Shown here: positions 16,798 to 24,856 of the stretch, one piece after another | Position numbering within the stretch: position 1 is the stretch's first letter | Layout: each line of letters starts with the position of its first letter | The notes under the pieces: model-generated | Database searches by the model: none | The model's input: only the letters and a program-made list of their open reading frames with translations | What the model was told of the DNA's origin: nothing | NCBI GenBank assembly: GCA_046483495.1 | Contig: JAWODC010000091.1 | Location: 1 to 24,856, forward strand | Origin: Desulfobacterales bacterium | GTDB taxonomy: Bacteria > Desulfobacterota > Desulfobacteria > Desulfobacterales > UBA5616 | Direction of reading: 5' to 3' | DNA length: 24,856 nt | Program-made: the position numbers and the translations under genes

Positions 16798-17772
16798 ATG
16801 GAACTTTCAGCGGCAAAACCCAAAATCATTGTGCTCTGCGGCCCCACGGCCGTCGGCAAAACTTCCGCCGCCGTTCAGGCCGCCCTTGCATGCAACGGCG
16901 AAATCATAAATGCCGATTCGATGCAGGTCTACCGGTATATGAATATCGGCACGGCCAAACCTACAGCTACGGAGCGGAAGCGGGTGCCTCATCATCTCAT
17001 CGATGTCGTCGATCCGGATGAAACCTTCGATGCGGCGAAATTTGCAGCCTCTGCCCGCAGCATCATCACCCGTTTGACGAACGAAGGCAAAACGGCTTTT
17101 GTGGTAGGAGGAACCGGATTGTACATCAAGGCGCTCATCCAGGGCCTTTTCGCCCCCGGCTCATCGGACCCGGCCGTTCGAAAACAGCTGAAGCGGGAAC
17201 TTGCATGCCACGGCCCGGCGTATCTATACCAAATGTTAGCAGCCGTCGATGCCGAAACGGCCGAAAAAATCCATCAAAACGATACCCACAGGCTGATCAG
17301 GGCCCTTGAAGTCTTCAGGCTGACCGGACATCCCATTTCAGTTTTGAAGCAGGCGCACGAATTCAAAGACCACCCTTACAACTCCCTGAAAATAGGGCTG
17401 ACCACGGATCGGCAGACGTTATACCATCGAATCGATTCGCGGGTGGACGCCATGATCCGCGCCGGTTTTGTGGAGGAGGTCCGAACGTTGCTCGAAAAAG
17501 GATACGACAGCCGATTGAAATCCATGCAATCGATCGGCTACCGGCACATGGCCGCATACCTCGAAGACCGCCTCTCATATGAAGAGGCGGTAAGAACGAT
17601 GAAGCGGGACACCCGCCGATATGCGAAACGACAATTTACCTGGTTTAACAAGGATGCTTCGATTCGATGGATGAACTGCGAGTATATTGAAGATATTATT
17701 CAGCATATAACGTCGTTTTTGTCCGTTCAGAAGGTCAGCCGGTGTCTTCAGGATCGCTTCAGCACTTCATAG
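16798..17772 (+). CDS. miaA: tRNA (adenosine(37)-N6)-dimethylallyltransferase
   Basis: GPTAVGKT, EIINADSMQVYR.MNIGTAKP, PHHLID, VGGTGLY, SIGYR and TRRYAKRQFTWF motifs. RBS AAGGA precedes ATG 16798. Confidence 0.96.
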   Translation: MELSAAKPKIIVLCGPTAVGKTSAAVQAALACNGEIINADSMQVYRYMNIGTAKPTATERKRVPHHLIDVVDPDETFDAAKFAASARSIITRLTNEGKTAFVVGGTGLYIKALIQGLFAPGSSDPAVRKQLKRELACHGPAYLYQMLAAVDAETAEKIHQNDTHRLIRALEVFRLTGHPISVLKQAHEFKDHPYNSLKIGLTTDRQTLYHRIDSRVDAMIRAGFVEEVRTLLEKGYDSRLKSMQSIGYRHMAAYLEDRLSYEEAVRTMKRDTRRYAKRQFTWFNKDASIRWMNCEYIEDIIQHITSFLSVQKVSRCLQDRFSTS

Positions 17773-20108
17773 AGCTTGGGATAAGTGCAGACTTCATAAT
17801 ATTTTTTGGTGGAAAAGCCCGTTATGCGATATTTTTTCAGATCGATGATCGGGATTCGGGCCTCGCGTACGATGACGTGCTGGTATTTGCCGGAAACGGT
17901 GGGAAATTTGCCGCCGTAAAGTGTATACCGGTCCTCGACGATCGTGTAATCCAAAACTTTTAGATCGATTTCTTCGCGAAGCTGTTGGAATCCGGCTTCA
18001 TTGAGTTCAATGCCGTTGATATTGTATCGGACGTACATATCGTCCACGGTGGCAAGGCTCCCCTGCTGGTCGGCATCCTGAAAAACATGCAGATTGAACG
18101 GGCTTTCGTTCAATTGTTTTATTCGACGCAGTTGTTTCGAACATGCCGAAAGACGGTCCGCCAGATTTATGGCGGAGGAAATCATGATCTTGTGATTGCC
18201 GTCAAACAGAAAGGCCGGAGAGCTGTCATGGTAGCATATGCCGATGCCGAGTTCCAAAATAGGCAGGCGATAGGCTTTGCTTTTCTTATTATATTGCTGA
18301 ACGATAAAAAGCGTGTTCAGTGCCAGTCCACAGGCCCTGGCCACATGATACCCTTCACCGGGTTTGTCTTTTTGTTTATACACGGCCAGGATCATGGCAT
18401 CGCCCTCGAGAAATACCTTGACTGCACCATAGGCCGGCAGAATATCCGTTATCGGATTGAAAAAATTGAGGCTGAAGTATGAAGCCGGGTTCAAACCGCT
18501 TTCCTTCATTCGGTAGGTGATATCGGTTGACCCCCTGATATCCGCTTTTACGATGACATGGTTGAGTATGGGCTTTTCAACCATCATTTCTTCATGGGGA
18601 AGGACATATTCATACAGCGTGTTATTCGTCCTGGATAGATTCAGCAGATTCTCATCCATTACGAGATTCAATTTATCCATGACATGCTTCAGCAACTCGC
18701 AATTCAGATAATCACGATGAAAACGGGCAATCCCCTTAAGAAAGGCGATCAAACATTCTTTCTTCCGGTGAGTGTTGATTTTCTCGAGATTCCGTATCCG
18801 TTTTTTCAGAGGTTTTAAATCGATCGGTTCTGCATAATACCCCTTCAATCGTCGCAGGTGATGGATTGTTTTTTTCCGGTGCTTGCCTGAAATCAAAAAC
18901 TGCAGAACCTGTTGCGGCTGCAGAGGCGGGCAGTAATCCGGGTATACCCCCTTCACTTCCTGGAAAGCGATGATGCGCTTTACCAGTCCCGTTTTGTTCA
19001 GGTGTTTATAGATATAGCTCAGAAGTTTTTTTTGAAGTTTCAGACGGCTTCGAATCAAGCCGAGTTCGGCCCGAGAGGCACCTGCTTTCTTTTTAGCCCG
19101 ATAAAACCGCCGGGTCTGGAAATAATTGAACAGCTGATCGATATTTTCCACCTGCCTGAGCTGACTGTCCAGCGCATCCGGCCGGGAATCCTGACGAAAT
19201 TTGCCGGGGTCCGAATTTTCTGCAAGCCTTATGCCGCCATATTCCGTGGCCGGGAAAATGGCGTAGGCATTGTCCATCCGGTTGAACAATTTTTTCAGGG
19301 TGAACAACAGGGTATCGTACTTATCCGGGTCTTCGAGGCGGTGACCCAGAAGAATATCATATTGGTCGATCATGAAAAAATCATAAAAGGGATTGTCCAC
19401 GAACAGCATGGGATTGCTGAAGAGATCCTGATTCAATATCGCGTCAAGGCCGAAATTCGCCTCCCGCGCTTCATTTGCTTCTCTTTCCTGCACTTCTTCG
19501 AAATACCCGAAGAGTTCCCTGCAGGCGTTATAGAGTATGATATTCTTTTTCCGGCCGATGACCGCCAGCATCGCTTTCATCTTGAATGTTTTCTGCTGAT
19601 CCTCCCTGTCCGTCACCTCCTGGATTCGAATGACCTCCCTGTATTGCATGATAAAGGTATCATACTGCTCTTTCATCACTTCGAGCAGGAGTTTCACAAC
19701 CGCTGCCTGTGCCAGATAATCGATTTGGACCTCTTTGCTTGCTTTAGCTTTAGTGGTCGCTCCGGCCAGCAGTTCAGTCAAACACCGTATGAAATCATCT
19801 CTCTCCTTTATCCAATTCGTCGTTTTGTCCGTCCTCAAGATCGGTTCGGAATCGGCGTGCCTTGCAATAAGCCGCAGCGAAATCTTTTTGGCCGCCGATA
19901 CAAACGTATGGCTTAAAAAAACGTCGAAACGAATATTATCCGTCCCCAATACCAACTTATCCAGGGGCATATGGACGGAATAGCTTTTTAGATCAAAATT
20001 TTTTTGGTCGGGGACCCCGCTGCTGATTCTTTGGTGGCGTGCAGTCATTTCATCACGATTTCCGGCGAGTGGAATCCTCCGCTTCCGGAAACGGTTTGCT
20101 GATGTCAT
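17748..20108 (-). CDS. Large hypothetical protein with C-terminal class III nucleotide cyclase-like domain
   Basis: 786-aa ORF. The C-terminal part has VKADIRGST, FLEGDAMIL, LELGIGI and AINLADRL, matching both metal Asp and the N-x3-R motif of class III cyclases. The N-terminal ~510 aa are unassigned and the start is uncertain. Confidence 0.7.
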   Translation of the reverse strand: MTSANRFRKRRIPLAGNRDEMTARHQRISSGVPDQKNFDLKSYSVHMPLDKLVLGTDNIRFDVFLSHTFVSAAKKISLRLIARHADSEPILRTDKTTNWIKERDDFIRCLTELLAGATTKAKASKEVQIDYLAQAAVVKLLLEVMKEQYDTFIMQYREVIRIQEVTDREDQQKTFKMKAMLAVIGRKKNIILYNACRELFGYFEEVQEREANEAREANFGLDAILNQDLFSNPMLFVDNPFYDFFMIDQYDILLGHRLEDPDKYDTLLFTLKKLFNRMDNAYAIFPATEYGGIRLAENSDPGKFRQDSRPDALDSQLRQVENIDQLFNYFQTRRFYRAKKKAGASRAELGLIRSRLKLQKKLLSYIYKHLNKTGLVKRIIAFQEVKGVYPDYCPPLQPQQVLQFLISGKHRKKTIHHLRRLKGYYAEPIDLKPLKKRIRNLEKINTHRKKECLIAFLKGIARFHRDYLNCELLKHVMDKLNLVMDENLLNLSRTNNTLYEYVLPHEEMMVEKPILNHVIVKADIRGSTDITYRMKESGLNPASYFSLNFFNPITDILPAYGAVKVFLEGDAMILAVYKQKDKPGEGYHVARACGLALNTLFIVQQYNKKSKAYRLPILELGIGICYHDSSPAFLFDGNHKIMISSAINLADRLSACSKQLRRIKQLNESPFNLHVFQDADQQGSLATVDDMYVRYNINGIELNEAGFQQLREEIDLKVLDYTIVEDRYTLYGGKFPTVSGKYQHVIVREARIPIIDLKKYRITGFSTKKYYEVCTYPKLYEVLKRS

Positions 20109-20231
20109 ATTCTGTGGTCCTGATTGTGATGAAAGGTCGGTTGTCCTTCAAGATATCGGCCGGTGCACCGATAAGAACGCAGGCAGGTTAGCACCATCAT
20201 TTTAAAAAGTCTATGAAATAATCCAAAACCG

Positions 20232-21173
20232 CTATGGGAGACGCTTTTTCCGGCCGCCGCAAAAAAGGGCTTTTTTTCCTTGCCGAGTGTCCCGGTTTTC
20301 CATGATTTCCGAGATTAGAAACCGAATCGTGTTCTTTTCCAGGGACCATTTCGGTGCCACCAGTTCATCCGGATGGGGGTCGCTTGCAATCCGGTGAATC
20401 ACCATTTCCTCCGGCAGCCGCTCGAGAAAATCGACAACAAGTTCCGCATATTCTTCCTGCTCGAGGCATCGATAGGCGCCTTCTCGATACATTTTTTCCA
20501 AAACCGTGTTGCAGACCACATAGCACAGGTGAAGCTTGACACCGTCCACTTTCAATTCCCTAAGGACATCCGCCGTTTTCATCATGTCCCGGCGGCTTTC
20601 TCCGGGAAGGCCCAAAATCACATGGGCACATATATACATGCCGCGGTTTCGGGTCGCCTCGACGGCATCGACGAAACAGGCCAGATTATGGCCGCGGTTG
20701 ATCAGGGACAGCGTCCTGTCATTAGCGGACTGCAGGCCGTATTCGATCCAAACGAGCGATTCCGATGCACATTTCTCGAGAAGCTCCAACACAGCGGGAT
20801 TGATGCAGTCCGGGCGCGTTCCGATCGAAAGTCCGACCACCTCCCGGAACGAAAGCGCCTCCCGGTAAAGGCGCTCAAGCCGGTGAACAGGCCCATAGGT
20901 ATTTGAAAAGGCTTGAAAATACGCTATAAATTTTTCGGCCTTGTACCGCCTCTTCATGGCGTCCATCCCCTGTTTCAACTGCTCGCTGACGGACATTCCT
21001 TTTTGGTAATTTCCTGTACCGGATCCCCTCTCATTACAATAGATGCATCCACCGGTGGACAGCGTACCGTCACGATTCGGACAGGTGAACCCCGCATCGA
21101 GAGAAATTTTCTGAACCCTGCACCCGAACAGGCCTCGATAATAGGTATTCAAATCATAGAATCGAATTTTCAC
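20232..21173 (-). CDS. TIGR01212 / YhcC-family radical SAM protein
   Basis: QKISLDAGFTCPNRDG....GGCIYC, YFQAFSNTY, IGTRPDC, EYGLQS, HVILGLPGE and DGVKLH motifs. Confidence 0.92.
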   Translation of the reverse strand: MKIRFYDLNTYYRGLFGCRVQKISLDAGFTCPNRDGTLSTGGCIYCNERGSGTGNYQKGMSVSEQLKQGMDAMKRRYKAEKFIAYFQAFSNTYGPVHRLERLYREALSFREVVGLSIGTRPDCINPAVLELLEKCASESLVWIEYGLQSANDRTLSLINRGHNLACFVDAVEATRNRGMYICAHVILGLPGESRRDMMKTADVLRELKVDGVKLHLCYVVCNTVLEKMYREGAYRCLEQEEYAELVVDFLERLPEEMVIHRIASDPHPDELVAPKWSLEKNTIRFLISEIMENRDTRQGKKALFCGGRKKRLP

Positions 21174-21195
21174 GGTTCGTATTACATTCCACTTC

Positions 21196-21224
21196 TTGAC
21201 GTTGTGCTAAAGCAGTATTATAAA
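21196..21224 (+). promoter_or_regulatory. Sigma70-type promoter candidate for mnmG
   Basis: TTGACG (21196-21201), 17 bp spacer, TATAAA (21219-21224). Confidence 0.5.
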
Positions 21225-21382
21225 TGTCGGGAATTCGGTATTTTATACGAGCAAACAGCGAAAACGCCGCTCCGGGCGGCCGGCCGAATCATTTTTTTAA
21301 ATGGTATCACGGTTATAAAAATGAGACAACACGAACCGGGGGCTTAAAAGGACCGCCGGCAAAAGGATATTGACTTTCCAAC

Positions 21383-23257
21383 ATGACGAATTCCTACGAT
21401 ATTATAGTGATCGGCGCCGGCCATGCCGGCTGCGAAGCCGCACTGGCCGCCGCCCGAATGGGGTGCCGTGTATTGATCACGGCCATCGATCTGGACAAAA
21501 TTGCGGCAATGCCTTGCAGCCCCTCTATCGGCGGAATGGCAAAGGGACAGCTGGTAAAGGAAATCGATGCCCTGGGTGGAGAGATGGCTAAAATTACCGA
21601 TCAAACCGCCATCCATTATAAAACCCTGAACACCAAAAAAGGGCCTGCGGTTCAATCCTCGAGGACTCAAAACGATAAAATCAGGTACCACTCGGCCATG
21701 AAAAGCGCCCTCGAACGGCAGAGGGGCCTCGAGATCAAGCAGGCCTTGATCGACCGCCTGGTCGTCAACAATAACCGGGTGGCCGGCGTCATCGACCAAA
21801 CCGGTTACGAGTACCCGGCTCCGGTCGTGATTCTGGCCACCGGAACATTCTTGAGCGGACTTGTGCACATCGGCTCGACATCGATAAAAGCAGGGCGGGC
21901 CGGTGAATTCGCCGCTTACGGATTGGCAGAATCTCTGAACAGTCTGGGATTCGAGCTCGGGCGTATGAAAACCGGGACACCCCCCCGGCTGAAGAAAACC
22001 TCCATCGATTTTACACGATTCGCCGTTCAAGAGGTTGAAGCCGAGCCAAAGCCGTTTTCACATTTCACCAGGTGCATTCCGCTGCCCCAGGTGGTCAGTT
22101 ATATCGGCCATACCAACGAGAAGTGCCATGATATCGTGCGGCGCAATCTGAAATATTCGGCGTTGTACGGGGGAATGATACAGGGAACCTCCGCAAGGTA
22201 CTGCCCCTCATTCGAGGATAAAATCGTAAAATTTCCGGATAGGCCTCAGCATCAGATTATTCTGGAGCCCGAGGGATTGGACACCCAGGAAATTTACGCG
22301 AGCGGTTTGGGAAACAGTTTGCCCTTAGAGGTTCAAATCGAATTGGTCCGATCGGTGCCCGGGTTGGAGCATGCCGAGATTATGCGGCCGGCATATGCAA
22401 TCGAATATGACTATGTCAATCCCGTTCAGCTCAAGCCCTCGTTGGAGACGCGCCGGGTTTCGGGCTTGTTCATGGCAGGCCAGATTAACGGCACCTCGGG
22501 ATATGAGGAAGCCGCCGCCCAGGGGATATGGGCGGGAATTAACGCAGCCTGTAAAATTCAGAAAAGGCCGCCTTTTGTCCTGGACCGCTCCCAAGCCTAT
22601 ATCGGCGTCATGATAGACGACCTGGTTACCCGGGGGACCCGGGAACCTTATCGAATGTTCACATCACGGGCTGAGTACCGGCTCATGTTGAGAGAAGACA
22701 ATGCCGATCTGCGGCTCTTTGAAAAAGGCCATGAGCTGGGCCTGATCAGCGTTGCGGCGCTCGAGGAGGCCGCCCAACGGAAGAAACACATCATTTCCGA
22801 AATTCAGCGGATCAAATCGACGGTCATTCCTCCCACCGAGGAAACGAATGCTTACCTTTGCGGGAAGGGAGCCACGCCCATCGATACGGGTGTCCATTTG
22901 GACAGGCTGCTGAAACGTGCCGAGTTGACCTATGACGTTGTCCATCGCCTGGCGAAATGTCCGAATCCGGTACCTGAGAAGGTTGCCCGGCAAGTGGAGA
23001 TCGAGATCAAATACGAAGGCTATATCAACCGGCAATTGAAGGATATCAAACGGTTCAAAAACCTTGAAGGCATAAAGATACCGGACAATTTCGACTATGA
23101 AAAGGCTCACGGGCTGTCCAATGAATTAAAGGAGAAATTATCGATCATAAAGCCGGGTTCGTTAGGCCAGGCTTCACGAATCGACGGCATGACTCCTGCC
23201 GCCATTTCCATTATGATGGTAATGCTGAAAAAAGAAGGCGAAACGATCAGCGCCTGA
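21383..23257 (+). CDS. mnmG: tRNA uridine-5-carboxymethylaminomethyl(34) synthesis enzyme MnmG (GidA)
   Basis: [55 protein letters not shown] and [14 protein letters not shown] motifs; 624 aa. Confidence 0.97.
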   Translation: MTNSYDIIVIGAGHAGCEAALAAARMGCRVLITAIDLDKIAAMPCSPSIGGMAKGQLVKEIDALGGEMAKITDQTAIHYKTLNTKKGPAVQSSRTQNDKIRYHSAMKSALERQRGLEIKQALIDRLVVNNNRVAGVIDQTGYEYPAPVVILATGTFLSGLVHIGSTSIKAGRAGEFAAYGLAESLNSLGFELGRMKTGTPPRLKKTSIDFTRFAVQEVEAEPKPFSHFTRCIPLPQVVSYIGHTNEKCHDIVRRNLKYSALYGGMIQGTSARYCPSFEDKIVKFPDRPQHQIILEPEGLDTQEIYASGLGNSLPLEVQIELVRSVPGLEHAEIMRPAYAIEYDYVNPVQLKPSLETRRVSGLFMAGQINGTSGYEEAAAQGIWAGINAACKIQKRPPFVLDRSQAYIGVMIDDLVTRGTREPYRMFTSRAEYRLMLREDNADLRLFEKGHELGLISVAALEEAAQRKKHIISEIQRIKSTVIPPTEETNAYLCGKGATPIDTGVHLDRLLKRAELTYDVVHRLAKCPNPVPEKVARQVEIEIKYEGYINRQLKDIKRFKNLEGIKIPDNFDYEKAHGLSNELKEKLSIIKPGSLGQASRIDGMTPAAISIMMVMLKKEGETISA

Positions 23258-23296
23258 TTTTGCCTCAGCTATCGTTATTTTTTTGTGAGAAACGAC

Positions 23297-24211
23297 ATGA
23301 CCGATACGGATTATTACAAATTACTAGGGGTGAAAAAAAACGCCACGAGCGATGAAATTAAGAAATCTTATCGAAAGCTCGCCATGAAATATCACCCCGA
23401 CCATGCAGAAGGCGATAAGAGTGCTGAAGAAAAATTCAAAAAAATCAGCGAAGCCTATGCGGTATTGAGTGACAAGGAAAAACGAAAGCAGTACGATACC
23501 TTCGGTTCCGCCGGATTCCAGCAGCGCTACAGCCAGGAGGATATTTTCAGGGGATTCGATCTCAATGACATATTACGGGAATTCGGGTTTGGAACTTCCT
23601 TCTTTTCCCAGAGGGGCGGAAAGCGGCACTCCTTCACCAACGCCGGCGGTTTCGGGCAATTCGGAAGACGGCCTCGAGCTCCTGTAAAAGGGTCCGATAT
23701 TATTTACGATTTGCCTCTTACAATAGCTGAAATCGCCACCGGAACGCGCAAACCCGTCAGCCTGAGACAGGGAGGAGATGCCCGGACCTTGACCGTTACC
23801 GTACCCAAGGGGATGATCGCCGGTAAAAAGCTGCGCCTTTCCGGAAAGGGGAGGCCCGGGCTTCATGGGGGTGAAAGCGGGGACCTGTATATCCGGTCCA
23901 CCGTGGTGCGGGATCCTGTTTTTCGATTGGACGGGTACGATGTTTATCTCAATAAGGAAATTAGACTCAGTGAGGCGCTGCTCGGCACCCGAATTTCGGT
24001 TCCCACACCGGAAGGGAAGGCGTTTACGATGAAAATTCCTGCCGGGACCAAGCCGAAAACAAAAATGCGCATTCCGGGCCAGGGCATCCCCCGCACGGGG
24101 GGTCAAGAGGCTAAAGGAGACCTTTTCGTCATCATCGATGTCGAGATTCCGTTACATCTGAGCGAAAAACAAATGAAACTGATTCAGCAGTTGGCCGACC
24201 TCGGAATGTAA
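23297..24211 (+). CDS. Class II J-domain co-chaperone (CbpA/DnaJ-like, no zinc finger)
   Basis: DYYKLLGV...KYHPD J-domain, G/F-rich linker with DIF and a DnaJ C-terminal domain (EALLG, GDLFV). No CxxCxGxG repeats. Confidence 0.92.
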   Translation: MTDTDYYKLLGVKKNATSDEIKKSYRKLAMKYHPDHAEGDKSAEEKFKKISEAYAVLSDKEKRKQYDTFGSAGFQQRYSQEDIFRGFDLNDILREFGFGTSFFSQRGGKRHSFTNAGGFGQFGRRPRAPVKGSDIIYDLPLTIAEIATGTRKPVSLRQGGDARTLTVTVPKGMIAGKKLRLSGKGRPGLHGGESGDLYIRSTVVRDPVFRLDGYDVYLNKEIRLSEALLGTRISVPTPEGKAFTMKIPAGTKPKTKMRIPGQGIPRTGGQEAKGDLFVIIDVEIPLHLSEKQMKLIQQLADLGM

Positions 24212-24215
24212 TTTA

Positions 24216-24244
24216 TTGACAACAGGATCGGTTAAAGGTATTTC
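24216..24244 (+). promoter_or_regulatory. Sigma70-type promoter candidate upstream of hpt
   Basis: TTGACA (24216-24221), 17 bp spacer, TATTTC (24239-24244). Confidence 0.45.
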
Positions 24245-24259
24245 TATCCCAAAATTGGC

Positions 24260-24311
24260 GGACGCGAAAGCCCTTTTGCGATTCGTTCCACTCCGGAAGG
24301 GCTTTCGGTCC
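24260..24311 (+). other. Strong stem-loop in the dnaJ-hpt intergenic region
   Basis: GGAC-g-CGAAAGCCCTTTTG ... CGGAAGGGCTTTCG-GTCC gives a 14-bp inner stem (two GU pairs) plus a 4-bp outer stem, with no U-tract. Confidence 0.7.
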
Positions 24312-24396
24312 AATGCTCAGATTGTGTACCTATTCCGTTTCCAGGAGTCTTGATTATAAGCAGCTTACCGTTTCCTGATGGATATAAAAGTCCTAT

Positions 24397-24856
24397 ATGC
24401 CTGAACTGATTTCCATTCTTACAAAAGAAGAGATCTGCAGAAAAGTTGCATCCGTAGCCGAAAAAATTTCACAGGATTACCAGAATCGTGAACTCTTTCT
24501 CATCGGCGTACTGAAAGGCTCGTTTATTTTTCTCGCCGATCTGATTCGACAGCTGACGATTCCGGTTGAAATCGATTTTGTCGGCACCTCCAGTTATGGG
24601 TCCGGCAGCAGTTCTTCCGGCAACATTTGCCTGACAAAGGAAATTTCATCGGATATCAGGGGAAAAGACGTTATTGTCATTGAAGATATTATCGACACCG
24701 GTATCACATTGAAATATTTGATCGATTATTTGAATTCTTTTGAGCCGAGGTCGGTGAGCATATGCGCCTTTATCGACAAAACCGAACGCCGGGAAACCGA
24801 CATTCATATCGATTACTGCTGCCATAAAGTTGAGCAAGGATTTTTGGTGGGGTATG
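24397..24856 (+). CDS. hpt: Hypoxanthine phosphoribosyltransferase (partial, runs off window; absent from ORF track)
   Basis: Manual translation: MPELISILTKEEI...IGVLKGSFIFLADLIR...EIDFVGTSSYG...GKDVIVIEDIIDTGITL...FIDKTERR...FLVGY, with the PRPP-binding loop VIEDIIDTG. Confidence 0.95.
   Translation, partial: MPELISILTKEEICRKVASVAEKISQDYQNRELFLIGVLKGSFIFLADLIRQLTIPVEIDFVGTSSYGSGSSSSGNICLTKEISSDIRGKDVIVIEDIIDTGITLKYLIDYLNSFEPRSVSICAFIDKTERRETDIHIDYCCHKVEQGFLVGY

Noticed and set aside
17748..17772. 25-bp convergent overlap of the miaA and cyclase-like gene 3' ends
   Set aside because: Short tail-to-tail overlaps are common and need no special explanation.
18912..19916. 334-aa plus-strand ORF, and the 228-aa minus-strand ORF at 21344-22030
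   Set aside because: They lie wholly or almost wholly antisense to the cyclase-like gene and mnmG respectively, with no protein motifs.
24255..24395. SRP RNA, purine riboswitch or ykkC/PRPP riboswitch in the hpt leader
   Set aside because: Only fragments resemble them (TCCGGAAGG; GTACCTA; ATAAAAG). Required flanking consensus such as CAGG..GGAAGCAGC or CTAGGGTTCC/ACACC is missing.
1..24856. CRISPR arrays, tRNA/rRNA genes (including selC), transposases or integrases
   Set aside because: No repeat-spacer periodicity, cloverleaf or mobile-element motifs were recognised, and nearly all sequence is accounted for by CDSs.

Overview
Chromosomal window from a sulfate-reducing deltaproteobacterium (Desulfobacterales-like, inferred from dsrC, flx-hdr and ahbA). 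The left half is a minus-strand energy-metabolism cluster: a ~1480-aa multi-flavin HdrA/HdrL gene, flxD(mvhD)-flxC-flxB-flxA, a two-Cys dsrC, then yjbQ, ahbA and a nitrilase-family gene. The hdrA/hdrL and flxD genes each contain an in-frame TGA at a conserved Cys position followed by a SECIS-like hairpin. They read as selenoproteins that the ORF track truncates. Divergent from this operon is a putative regulatory module: a soluble histidine kinase (Rossmann-like + PAS), a sigma54 response regulator and an archaemetzincin Zn-protease. These face two tandem GcvH-fold paralogs that lack the lipoyl-Lys motif, carry paired Cx12Cx5Cx2C motifs and sit behind a strong sigma54 promoter. This module is the best candidate for an undescribed system. 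The right half is mostly housekeeping (miaA, TIGR01212 radical SAM, mnmG, class II DnaJ, partial hpt) plus a large protein with an atypical class III nucleotide-cyclase domain. The left edge looks like a junction of two truncated genes. No rRNA, tRNA, CRISPR array or mobile element was recognised. All assignments come from motif reading, not database searches.
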